Under the pieces are notes generated by a model that was not told the origin of the DNA, ran no database searches, and was given only the letters and a program-made list of their open reading frames with translations. Position numbers and translations under genes: made by a program. From Lingula anatina (lineage: Eukaryota; Animalia; Brachiopoda): a stretch of 64,000 bases of DNA. This document shows positions 12,617 to 23,886 of this stretch, one piece after another. The first letter of the stretch is position 1. Every line of letters begins with the position of its first letter. The stretch covers positions 18,312,534-18,376,533 of the forward strand of contig CM120644.1 of assembly GCA_051362555.1 (NCBI GenBank). The letters are read 5' to 3'.

Positions 12617-14688
12617 ATATGCCATCAAGGCGGTTGGCCTTTTAACGTTTTTGGGTTTGTTGGCCTACCTTACCATCAACCAGAAAAATGCCCTTTCTTA
12701 CATGGCAAACATTTTGCCAGAAACCAAACAATCGGGCGAGGGCCTAAAATTGAGCTATAGAGTCTTCATGGGATTACCCAGAAACCTGACCTGTGACAGA
12801 TGGGTTGTTGTGGATGCAGGAAAACATGCTTCCGCCCAACAGATTGAAAAAGTGTCTGATAGACTACATTTTCCCTGGTGCGCTATTGTAGTCTCAGATA
12901 CGTTAACATCGTCACGTTCTTTGCATGTCATTTTACCAAATAAACAAAATGGCATAATATACGTAAATGGAGTGACTGAATACAGCAGTCTTTTCAAGTC
13001 CCCAGTGAGTAGAAAAACGATCGGCTACTTGTTTGCTATAACCAGCGGAGCGACTATGATCTATGACGACGATGGAGGAATGGGATATGAATGGTTGGCC
13101 TCTAGTCCACCCCTTGATAACATAAGTACTGAGGTTCCTCTCGTTATACCAGCAGGCAAAGTGAACTTTTGGAACCCTTTTTCATATTTCTTCTCTAGAA
13201 GTGATGTCTGGCCTCGAGGTTTCCCAGGAAACATGGCCAATCGTCCTGCCTGCAGTGCTCCGCCGGTGCCATACGCATTGCGTAATTCGAGCGTAGTACT
13301 TGTGCATTATCTCATAGATGGGTATGCCGATGTGCCGGAAGAACTTCTCAAGTCGCCATTGAAATTCGACAAATCAATCATTGGTCCAGTGGAAGTGCAA
13401 GAAGGCACATTTGTTCCCTATAGCCAGCATTCAACGCTACATATGTATGATGCCTTTTGGGGACTGCTAGAACCCACTACATGTCAGGAATCGATATCTG
13501 ATATTATTCGTGGTTATATCACTCAAAGACTGCTGTGGGATATTAACGGCAGCATGTCGGTCTCGCCGCCCTGGACAAAGAGAACAAACCCATCCCGTCA
13601 AACACTGGGGAAAAGCTCTCAAACTTGTAACAAAACTCTTATAGAAATAGTCAATCACTTAATGGCGTGGTCCAGCAAGTCGCCATCAATTGATGCGAGG
13701 TTAAAAGAATTGTATCTACATTTATTCGAGAAAGGGATCATTTTGAAACAAGATCTGGTGCTATTAGACATCTGGATAGAGTTGTTGACGGCCGTTGAAT
13801 ATGTCTTCCCGCGAATCCACGTACCAAGCTGGGCTGAAAGAAGGCCGATGGCCAAACCCTGGGACGGTGTAAGGTTGTGTGTTCATTTCAATCATGTCCC
13901 CAACATGCAAGCATTTACAACACTGTATCAAATGTACAGTAGACATTTTAAAGAAATAACATTCACTGGGGAAGGTACTAGGCAACCGTTTATGGACCCA
14001 TTTTCTGCCCTGTAATGATCAAGAAGGTGGCATTTTTCTGCATCGTTGTCTTCCTAAGCACTTAACGTATGGTGGGTTTGGGAACAATAGCACGCCATAT
14101 CTTTTTGTAAGTGATGATACCTTTTTCAATCTTTCATCCTTTTTGTCCTATCGCCGGGATGTTCTGTGGATACTGGGACCTTTAGAAACACTGGACATTG
14201 ACGTCACGTGGCCAGATGGGTGGCCTTGGTGGCCATTGCCGTACGTTGGCGCCGCACTGAGGAAAATCATCGATATTCTGCCTGGAGAATGGAGGGACCA
14301 CTTGGCCCTCGTGAAAAATTGGACACAATCAGGAAAACGATTGATTTCTAGGTATAACGCAGATACTGTATTCATTCCAAATAACCAGTACAAAACACGT
14401 TTTATAGAAGTTTTGAAATGGTTGATGGGACCGAACATGCCACGATTATTTGCTGAAGTCGCCACGCCATTGCTAGTTGACCTAATAACCACCGAAAAGC
14501 CGGACCGACCTGATGTCATTCCATTAAAAAACAATTATCCACATAATGGTCGCAATATCGCACTAAAGGCGCGGTCATGCAATTTACTTCATCCTTTAAA
14601 GTTGTCCAAGGAAGAGGATAGGCTTATTTGGCTGTCCATGTTTAAGAGTGTGGAAACGATTTTACAGACGCCTCCATTGCTGAACTGA
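12617..14688 (+). pseudogene. STELLO/DUF288-like Golgi glycosyltransferase-family gene with an internal frameshift (pseudogene or assembly error)
   Basis: N-terminal TM segment (AVGLLTFLGLLAYLTI) after a TAG acceptor at 12614-12616. STELLO motifs RKTIGYLFAITSGATMIYDDD, WNPFSYF..VWPRGFP, GTFVPYSQHSTL..AFWGL and DIIRGYITQRLLW. ORF1 stops at 14015, but the shifted frame continues from ~14002 (FLPCNDQEGGIFLHRCL...YLFVSDDTFFN) into ORF 14143..14688. The start codon was not resolved. Confidence 0.8.
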
Positions 14689-14799
14689 AAAAAATTTAAG
14701 ATGAATTAGATTGGCAATGCCAATTATATGGTATTTGGCCAGAGCTTTTACAGTGTGCTTGCATTTTACATGCTGCGAACCACCAGGTTCTCTATGGCA

Positions 14800-15496
14800 T
14801 TACTATCTCTGCAGATTAACTAACAGGCCATTTACATTGTGTATTATATAATAGATGGGCCTTTATTGACAGAAAGTTTTTTATCTATCATCCCTGACGT
14901 CAACTCTTGTATATGAGACATCAGATAAATTGCCTCGACCAATAGCCTAAGAGACGCCAGAACATGGCCAGACGTCATTAGAATCGAGATGTATTTGATG
15001 GAGAAGTTCATTATTTGCTATACCATATCGATTGTCGAATGTGAGCCCGTCGATAATTTGGGGGAAGCCTGTTGGGAGAGTATGTGCAGGGAAATATCAT
15101 CAAAGTGCTGGATCAGTCCACGTTTAAGGTGCAGGCCATGTTCATGGTTTTTTGAAAATCGTTCATTCCGGAACAGAGCGTTAATTGCGCCATAAAATTT
15201 TTGCAAATATCTCACTATTTGCAAGAGGTGACCTCAGCAATGTTTACAAATTCCATCATGACAACGGCCTTGCTCACAGCTCTCGGCTTTTGGTTGAGTT
15301 GTTGCAGAAAGAACATTCTGGGGTTTGAACAAGCATCTTTGAGCTCGAATACTAATTCTATTAAGGAGCTGAGGGATGATTCCCAGTGCACAATGCAGGG
15401 AAGAATCATCTCCCTAACAACCTGAAATAACTCTGCCAAGCTGTTATGGAAGAAAGGGATAGTATCCCTCAAAACTGACCTGCTTGTTGGATGCAA
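14800..15496 (-). mobile_element. Highly degenerate LINE relic (SGNH/esterase-like ORF1, CR1/L2 type)
   Basis: IVHW...LIELVFELKDACSNPRMFFLQ...VN...C...HGLHLKRGL resembles the SGNH ORF1 pattern (IVHxG...RIFF...DGLHL..G). Stops and frameshifts throughout. Confidence 0.4.
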
Positions 15497-17612
15497 TTAT
15501 ATCTGCAGATTTGCATATATAATTGCAGTGCCTCATCGGATCGCATGCTACTAGAAACGTGTATTTTGATGCTTATTGTGTATCGATTTGTATGCATTAA
15601 GCGGTGTTTTAAAATTTTGATTATTATTTTTACTTTTATGGAAAATTACTGTGGAAGGCTTTATTTGAGGGGTTGCATGTTCTTAATTTGAATAAATGAA
15701 GATAATATAAATATCTTCAAAGAAAATTGGGCTTTTTTAACCTAAAGTCATCTCCAAGTTGGTTGATGGAACAAAAAATACTAATCAGAACGGTTTACAG
15801 CTGACATGTGATTATTTGTAAACAAACGCACATCAGATTGAAGGTAGAACAACTCAAATGAGCCTGAGTGAGTCATCCAGCCGTTTCGAGGATATGCGAC
15901 TATAAAATATTTGCCCAAGGAAGCAAAATATAACCGTGCAAGAGTATATTGGATCTAATGTAAAACAAGTCATATCATTTTGAGAAAAATTAAAAACGAA
16001 ACATTTATTTTATCTTTTTACTTGCGCAGACAATTAAAATTATTAATGTTATTTAAAAACTAATATATAGTGCTAATTTTCCACTCTGTCTACTGTAGAC
16101 TTCCAGTAATTTATTATAATGTTATATTTCTCTATGATTTTTTATAAATGCAATGTATTTGTAGAACAGTTGCTGTTCAGGGACGACATCGATTCCATAT
16201 CTGCCACAGGGGCCAAATGCCAGGTGTAGATATGCTTTATTCACCTATTTATAACGTTCGTATTTAAGAATTCTTCAGAGCCATTAGTCGCCAAGTTTTT
16301 GGTAAAACAAATAACCATGCGATTCGTCCATCACGACTTAAGGTGTTCACTATTGCTTTATCAAAGAATGTGCCTTTTCAATTAACAGGCGTTCTTCAAA
16401 AGCAATTAGGTCACCAGACACCACACAAAAACACATAGGCTAAATACAATATGGCCACACGATACTCCTTGGTATATTGGAACTGGCCTGGCTATTGGGT
16501 CGGCTGAGTAGGAACTTTTGTACAGACTTGACATTTGATATGGAATATTTCAGTTTCAAAGGTATACCTAGGTAAAAATGTGTTCTTTAAAAAAACATTC
16601 GATCTCATATAAGATATGTGACTGGAGTAGTGTGTAGTCAGGTGTGCAGCTACCAGATTCAGATTCAGATTCTTTATTGACAAACACCTTCACATAAAGG
16701 TACAATCAATTACAATACTAGTAACTATAACGTAGAACAGACAAATAAATAAATAAATATATAGATAGATTAGCATATGGTTGACCAATTAACTGATTAC
16801 CTTGTCTGTTGCGCTGCTGCATTGTGTACTATACAGTGATTTAATTGGATAGTGCGCCTTTGGACTGGTCAAAGCTTGGCATTAGCAAGGCATGATTCTG
16901 TCAAAAAGAGAATCCATATGTCGGTATCTACTGCATAAATTTAAATTTTGCATGTAAGCGGTCGGTTTAGCATTGCGAAAAATGAGCTATGCAGTATTTT
17001 ACAAAATTGTTAACCTGTGGCAGAATGACAATAAAAAGACAGACATTGCCAGACAGATCATTGCGCCAAACGGAGCGGTCAACACGGTTTTATGGAGTAA
17101 TTCCCAGACTGATGTACCTACATAGAGGCCACACCCAATGCATCGAAATCTTACCACCAGGGTACAGGACTCGCTGTCTTTCGAGATATGCTGCTGCAAC
17201 TAAACAAAAACCACCCAGTGCGTACAGAGGGAGACATGCATATGAGACAGGATGATTTAATGCTTAATTCTAAGATATACGTCATATACCAAGGAAACAG
17301 AAAATGTAATGGTTAAAAACGATATAGGATGCCTTTTTGTCTTCATTTGTCTGACACAGCCCCCAGGAAAATCAACAAATAAAGAAACGAACCAATTTAA
17401 AACGTTGAAACTGAAATCCTTCTTCCTGTCAAACCACCACTGTATAAAGTACATGTCAAGGTGTTCTTTATCTAAAACACAGTAACAGTGCGCCAGGATG
17501 CTGAGAGGCAACAGATAAGCAAATACATTTACATTTCAAAAGTTCAGAAGTTAATATGCAATCTTAAACCAAAAAGGTCATGGCCAAAAATTAAGTGTAT
17601 ATTATCACCCGC

Positions 17613-18157
17613 TTAATAACGAGCACCAAAAAGGACATCAGAGGAGCTGGCCTTTTGATCAGCCCAGTAGCCCACGAAAGCGTCTATGAACTCGTTGGTA
17701 TCAATCACATCATCCTCATTCCAATCAATGACATCAAATATATCTTGAACCTTAGCGGTGTTACGGAAAATAGTAAGGAAGTTGGCATACTCACTCATCT
17801 ACCATCAATTTGCCATCGCAGTCGAGATCAAGCACGTTAAGCCAATCTTTTGCATTTTTGATGATCTCTTCTCTTGTAATAGGGATTTATTTCAGCCTCT
17901 TCAGACCGAAGCATTTCTTGAAACGTGAAGGATTTTGGATAGTTGGTGTGTTCCTTTAACCACCACAGGTGAAAGGCACTGTACAATATACCATTCACCG
18001 CCATGACTCGCCAAGATGGGAGAACTTGCTGAGCCCTCTCTGTTGTTGAAACGACATATTCCTCTTCATTCACCATGCCATTGCCATCAACGTCCATGAT
18101 ATCAAATAATTCTTTGTACTTGGAAACCCAGTGCTCGCTAAAGTTTCCTTTGGGGCT
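17613..18157 (-). pseudogene. Aequorin/SCP-like EF-hand protein, copy 2 (divergent pseudogene)
   Basis: SPKGNFSEHWVSKYKELFDIMDVDGNGMVNEEEY...LPSWR...WW, then a frameshift near 17885, then AKDWLNVLDLDCDGKLMVDE, then a 4-bp GAGT duplication at 17789-17796, then YANFLTIFRN...IDWNEDDVIDTNEF...YWADQKASSSDVLFGARY*. Confidence 0.85.
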
Positions 18158-19277
18158 CTAAAATTTAACACAATACTATAAAACAAACATGACGTAGACG
18201 CGACACAACTGCAAATGGCCAAACATTGCTTATTGTTCACCCTAATTTTGTTTGTTTTTATAGCAGGACCTTACTGCTAAATCACTGCGCCAAACACCAA
18301 TGACCAAGTGATTCGCGTGGTTTCACGCTTTTTTCGTTTATCAAATTGTCCCTTGAATTTTATCCTGCGCTATTATCCTGTTATATGCTTTACAAAATGT
18401 ACTTTGTGTTTCTTATAACATATTTGACCCCTGTCCTTTAACTGCCGCACTTTGTTGTCCCTTTGCTGTTTACAGTAGCCGTTTACGATTCTTGCAGACA
18501 CCCAATTTAAAGTAGTCTAGCTTCTTAAAACATTCAAAATTCGTACCTTTACCATTTTCGAAGAGCAGATAGTTGGAACGACCATAAGAAGGAGCAGAAC
18601 TTTCAGATTGTTTGAGGACATTCTTATATGAATTCTGTATTGTTAAGATTTCTAAAACAAAAGTAACAAACAATTTAAACTATACTTAACAATATTGTGT
18701 GTTATACAAATTTATATAACACCTTTCATATAGAAAAATTATTATTGCTTCACTTTGCATACGTAGGAAACTAGATTTGAAATCTGCAGTTAGCCATAAA
18801 TAGTGTCTGTATTTCGGTAGGTCTATATGTGTCTATGTTTACAGCACACAAGCAGTACAATATCATAAGCTATATATCGTCGACCAACTGAAATTCCAAT
18901 GTTCGTGAACACTGGATCTTAAAGCTGTCGAAATGATTAAAGTTGCTGACGCCTTAGATGCAGACCATATCCTTCAATATGTAATTCTATTTTAGCTTTA
19001 CTTACCAGATGTCTGTTGTTTCTCTTAGAACCCAGACTTATGTAATGTTTTGTTTCAGTGAACGTGGTATACTTTGAAACAATCGTTTCGCAATATTGTC
19101 GGGATGAACATTTTCAGTCACTAGGATCCCCTATTCGACATGTTACCAATCCCGTGACACCTCCATTTTAAAGGCATACATTTGTATTTCTGGATGTAAA
19201 CATCAGACTACATTTAATACGGGCTATGAGACTATCCTGTTGTCAAACCAATCGTTAAAGCAGATTGTCTCTTTTGT

Positions 19278-19378
19278 GATAGATAGATAAATAGATAGAT
19301 AGATAGGCACACACACAGACACACAAGCAGTCAGACACTAACAGATGAATCACTTTATGACAGACAGACAGACAGATG

Positions 19379-19414
<36 letters not shown>

Positions 19415-19415
19415 C
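19278..19415. repeat. Compound GATA/GACA/CA microsatellite
   Basis: (GATA)n, (GACA)n and (CA)n tracts. Confidence 0.9.
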
Positions 19416-20824
19416 CAGAGATGAATCACTTAATGAACTGCATTCCTAAGCCGTTTTTATAACCACGCTTTATTGTTAATACCACAGGGCAACAGTACTT
19501 TTCTGAGTGATTCACGTGGTTTCTAATCGCTGTCAGAGTCCCAGTAAAGCAAGTCCGTCATATTGGACTTCCTTGGGGCTTAATATAATAAGTTTATTTA
19601 TACAAAGCAACGAAAAGGTTGAAGGTGTCCATGAACTAGAGAAGACTACACATCACCACCTAAAATATTTACAAAATATGTACAAAAGAGCTAAATGAGT
19701 TCGAAAATATATAAAGCATAAATATCTAAAAGTTTGATAAATGTGGCTATGATAAATGACATGCAATAAAGATAACTTCCCAGAAAGAAAAACACAGATC
19801 ACTTAAATTTTGATAAAGAAAAGGAATGAAGGTGTTTTAAAACGTTTGGTTCTGAATTTTGGTACACTATATTTTGACTGGTTATGCCTTTTTTCCTGTG
19901 TGGTTTGCAAGTAAATAGGTAATTCAGCTTATCTCCGTCGTTTTCCTTTTTTTCATTTTCGCAAATAATGATTCACAGAGCTCTATCATCCATCATCTTA
20001 AAATGTAAACATCGAACTTTATTTCATATAGGCTACCAAGTGACAAAAGCAGCTCATTATGCTGTCAGGCATGCGAAAGACATCGACAGCTGAATTAAAA
20101 AAATAGCTTACGCTAAAAGATTGTGAACCATGTGTTCTTTATCATAACTTTTTCCTTATATACAGAACAGTTGTACGCAAAACAAACTCATGGATATTTT
20201 GAAAGGTCAGAAGAGGACGCTAGGAGCCATCTACTGGGGATATTGAAATAGGTGGATTAACTATAAAAGACGTATTAGTTACACGAGTAATATTTATACA
20301 TATACTAGTGTAGACACTATAATCAGCGGAAATACTCGACCAGCTTACATTTGCATTCTTAATTTGGTCCAGCAGTTTGGGAATTTGCTGACACATATTT
20401 AAAAAAAATGGCATGCTTCTATAATAAACACGTTACGTAATGTATATTAATTTAAAGCTTTTTGTGCTGTCAAGACAGTCGATTGCAATGTGAAAACACA
20501 ACGATGAAAATGTTTGGACGTTAAAATTTAGGATACATATTTTCTCGTTTGCTCTCTCATATAAAAAATAATTCTGAATGAAAATAAATAATCCAAAGAT
20601 AAAAGAATGGTATCCATTTATTCAAATACCCTGTACACTAAATATGACTCAAAGCAATTTGAATGCTTGAAGCATTTACTTGAAAAAAATTAATTGAATG
20701 AAAAATGATACACTTCTAAAGGGGTTATGTTTTTAAAATAAATACAGTGTGAAATATCAGAAAAGTCATCCCTCAACCAAAATTAAATTGATATCTATCG
20801 ACTTGCTTTTTCGTCAAATCCTTT

Positions 20825-21640
20825 TCAATCTCGAGAGCCATAAATATATGCAGCGGAGTTGGCTGCTTGGTCGTGGGAAAAATGATTTACCCCATAGGTG
20901 AACTCCTGAACATCAATGACGTTATCACCATCTCTGTCAATGACATGGTAAACGGCTCTATTATTCGCCTTGCTGCGAAATATATCAAGAAATTTAGAAT
21001 ACTCACTTAGCGTTAAGTCCTCACTGCAGTCGAGGTCAATAATATGGAAAAAATCCATAGGCCATTGGAAGTCTCCTTGCATATCTTTTGTAGAACCGAA
21101 AACCTTTTCAACAGCCGGAATCCAATCCTCAAATGCAATAGACGTCTTAAAATCGGTGTATTCATTTGACCACCAGATATTATAGGCCATGGTCATTACA
21201 CCATAGACTGCCTTAGCTCTCCAGGATGGCAGTGCAGCTCGCTCTGTCGACAAATCAATGTACTCTTCCTTCGTTACATTACCGTCCTCATTGACATCAA
21301 AGATGTCAAATAATTTTTTGAATTTCGTAATCCAATACGGAGTAAAATCTTTGTTTTTGTCCTGTGCAAGCTGGATAAAAAAAATCATTTTAAATTGAAG
21401 TGATCACTAAAAATTACAGCTTCTGAAAGGCTACGTAAAAGCTTATATTAAATCGATTAGAATCACAAACCGTCATTATATGCTTTTATTATTTAAGGAA
21501 GCTCTCTCCGATTTCGAGCACATCATTTTAGTCGGTTATGATAGAAAAGTATAAGACTAAAGAATTACCTTCACTCCATATGACGAATCAAAGGTTAAAA
21601 CAACTGCAAGCAGCAACAGACCAAATTTGATGGAAAACAT
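20825..21640 (-). CDS. Secreted aequorin/SCP-like EF-hand protein, copy 3 (205 aa, 2 coding exons)
   Basis: Exon 1, 21640..21569, reads MFSIKFGLLLLAVVLTFDSSYGVK with a phase-0 GT donor. Exon 2, 21370..20825, follows CAG. EF loops are DVNEDGNVTKEE, DLDCSEDLTLSE and DRDGDNVIDVQE, with EF2 lost (the EF1/3/4 pattern of photoproteins and SCPs). The C-terminus is YIYGSRD. Confidence 0.9.
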
Positions 21641-23886
21641 TTTATTGAATATGGGTCACACACTAACCTTTAATTTAAAAAAACAAAAATAAAATGAATA
21701 ACACACTGTTTGGTATTCAAATACAATACAATATATTTAAATTATATATAAACGCACATTAGTTTTCCAAATTCACAGTTATTCATTTCTAGCATTGTTT
21801 TTATAAAATCGCCATAAATTAACCTCTACAATGAATTGACTCTAAGCTAATCAATGCTCCTTCACACAGATTACTTGCAGAAACATTGAGCAGCTAGCTA
21901 CCCCTGTACCTTGTCCCCTAACAGGGACCCAAGATCCCCTGATGTGAACCCTATTTAAAATATGAGGGAATAAATCATCATCTGGTTTAACAGTCCGATT
22001 AAGACTTGGAGTGAGACCGACTAAGAAAAAAAACCTGCCAGAACGATAGTATTGTCTCTTGAAGAGCGTTACTGCAGCAAGGGGAGATACGTACTGGTCG
22101 TTTCTCTGACTAGGCAGTTACTAATCAATCTTCACCCTAGGAGGTTAATTTGGAAAATAAAGAAAACCAAAATAACGTATGCAGTGGCTATTTTATTACT
22201 TAAAACAGGAATTCAGGAATCGAAGTCTCAAAATAGACACTAAATAATCTGTAAGAAGCTAACAAGACACCTTGGTTTTCTTTGATAATTCAGAGAAGTA
22301 GTAAGAAATATATTTTTGAAAACAGGTCCATATTAAAGGAAAATTTTGTTGATTACCGTATGTTGCAGTTGTAATAAAATGTGCCAAAATAACCCACAAT
22401 AATTTAAACAACCCGTGGTTGTCTCAGAGCTGCAAGCCATCTAAAATTCCGTGCAACGTGTTTCTACCGCTAGAAATGTGCAGCAATAAAAAATATGGTA
22501 ATATTTGTGGCCATTCCTATATAATTTAACAACTCGTGATACAATGTCATATTAATCTTACTTCAACTACCCATCACTTCTTCATTTGGACACAGATTAA
22601 ATTCTCTTCAAAATTAGCCGAATAAAGCACATAAAAGCCATCAAATTGATTTGTCTACCACTAAACTGTACCAATCCATTGTTTCAACTCAAAGTAGAAA
22701 TACTTGAATACTTGCAGTAATAGTACTTTTTCTGAAATATCGTACCATATGCTGATCCTTTGCCTGTAAAGTTTATGCCACGAACGCGCCGTTGGTTTCT
22801 GATAAAAGCTTTATTGTCCTTTGCTTTAATCTCATCACGAGTGACGCAGAGTATTTCTTCATTCTTTCCGTTATATTGCGCATGCCCATTTTCCCAATAA
22901 TTTTATTGGATAAAATTATGACTACGAAATGAGTGTCTGCATATGTTGGTAAAGACAGATAATAGGAATATTTATTGTTCCTCTAGCTCTTACTTTTTGT
23001 ATTTCTGCCCATTGTTTTGAGCGCATTTGGTTTAACTCCGGTAAACTGCTATACATATTTAAATATGCACACGATATATTTATTCTGATTCAATCTTTAT
23101 TATATAACGATTATTTCAGGTGTAATCTACCCCATTGCGACTTTAATTCTTAACATTAATTCTGGGTCGGGTTTTTCTATGTATGTTAACATTTACGTAG
23201 CAGATAGGTTTGTTATGCGGGCTTCCAACAATATTTTTTTCTTCATTTCTTTTATACGCCATAATACTCATCTGTTTGTAATGGAAACAAGGGCAAAGCT
23301 TTTTAAGGCTAGGAAATATTTTTTTAGCCGGTATGCTAAAAATGAGTTAGGGTAAATGACTTACATTTCGTTGGCTTTAAGCATTTCTTTTAATGTGATA
23401 GATGTTTTATGTTCATTTGACCACCACACTTTGAAAACAGTGGACAATGCATATAATTATACGTATGCATAGTGTATGATTAGGTAATAAAATCCCAAAT
23501 GCCGCCAGTCTCTGCCTTTGAGTCTGTATTCTACCGCAATAATATAAAAAAAATTGTGCAACACCTTTTGTCGCACCTAAAACATTCAAACAATGCAGTA
23601 CTATGTGATCTCTCGTGGGTGAGAAAACAGCACTAAAAACAACTCCAATGGATCATCTTGCTTTACATTGTGCTTTACGAATTCGGTTTGGATTCATTTC
23701 AAAACTGGATCACAAATGTTTTGTATGTAGGTCTTTCTAATCGCAATCCCCACTGTCTGCCTTGTGTGCAGTATGTATTATAGCAATGTACAGCTCTAGC
23801 GCAAATGAAAATTATGCTATAACATTTATCATTAGCATTTTCTGTGATTAATGAGGGCACGTTCTTTGCGTCAGTCAGCTAGCACA
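20971..23886. repeat. Segmental duplication unit B (paralogous to 1..3054)
   Basis: Position 20971 (tgctgcgaaatatatcaaga) aligns with position 1. Homology ends at tcagtcagctagcaca. This copy has a ~105-bp insertion near 23326-23430 that unit A lacks. Confidence 0.9.

Noticed and set aside
13995-14015. Programmed ribosomal frameshift in the STELLO-like gene
   Set aside because: No canonical slippery heptamer or obvious stimulatory structure. A mutation or homopolymer error is simpler.
16800-17520. Short ORFs downstream of the copy-2 pseudogene
   Set aside because: No recognisable domain or consistent splice structure; possibly an old repeat remnant.
20825-21640. Calling the EF-hand genes true photoproteins (bioluminescence)
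   Set aside because: The equivalents of aequorin His16, Trp86, Tyr132 and His169 appear substituted. The fold class alone does not show light emission.
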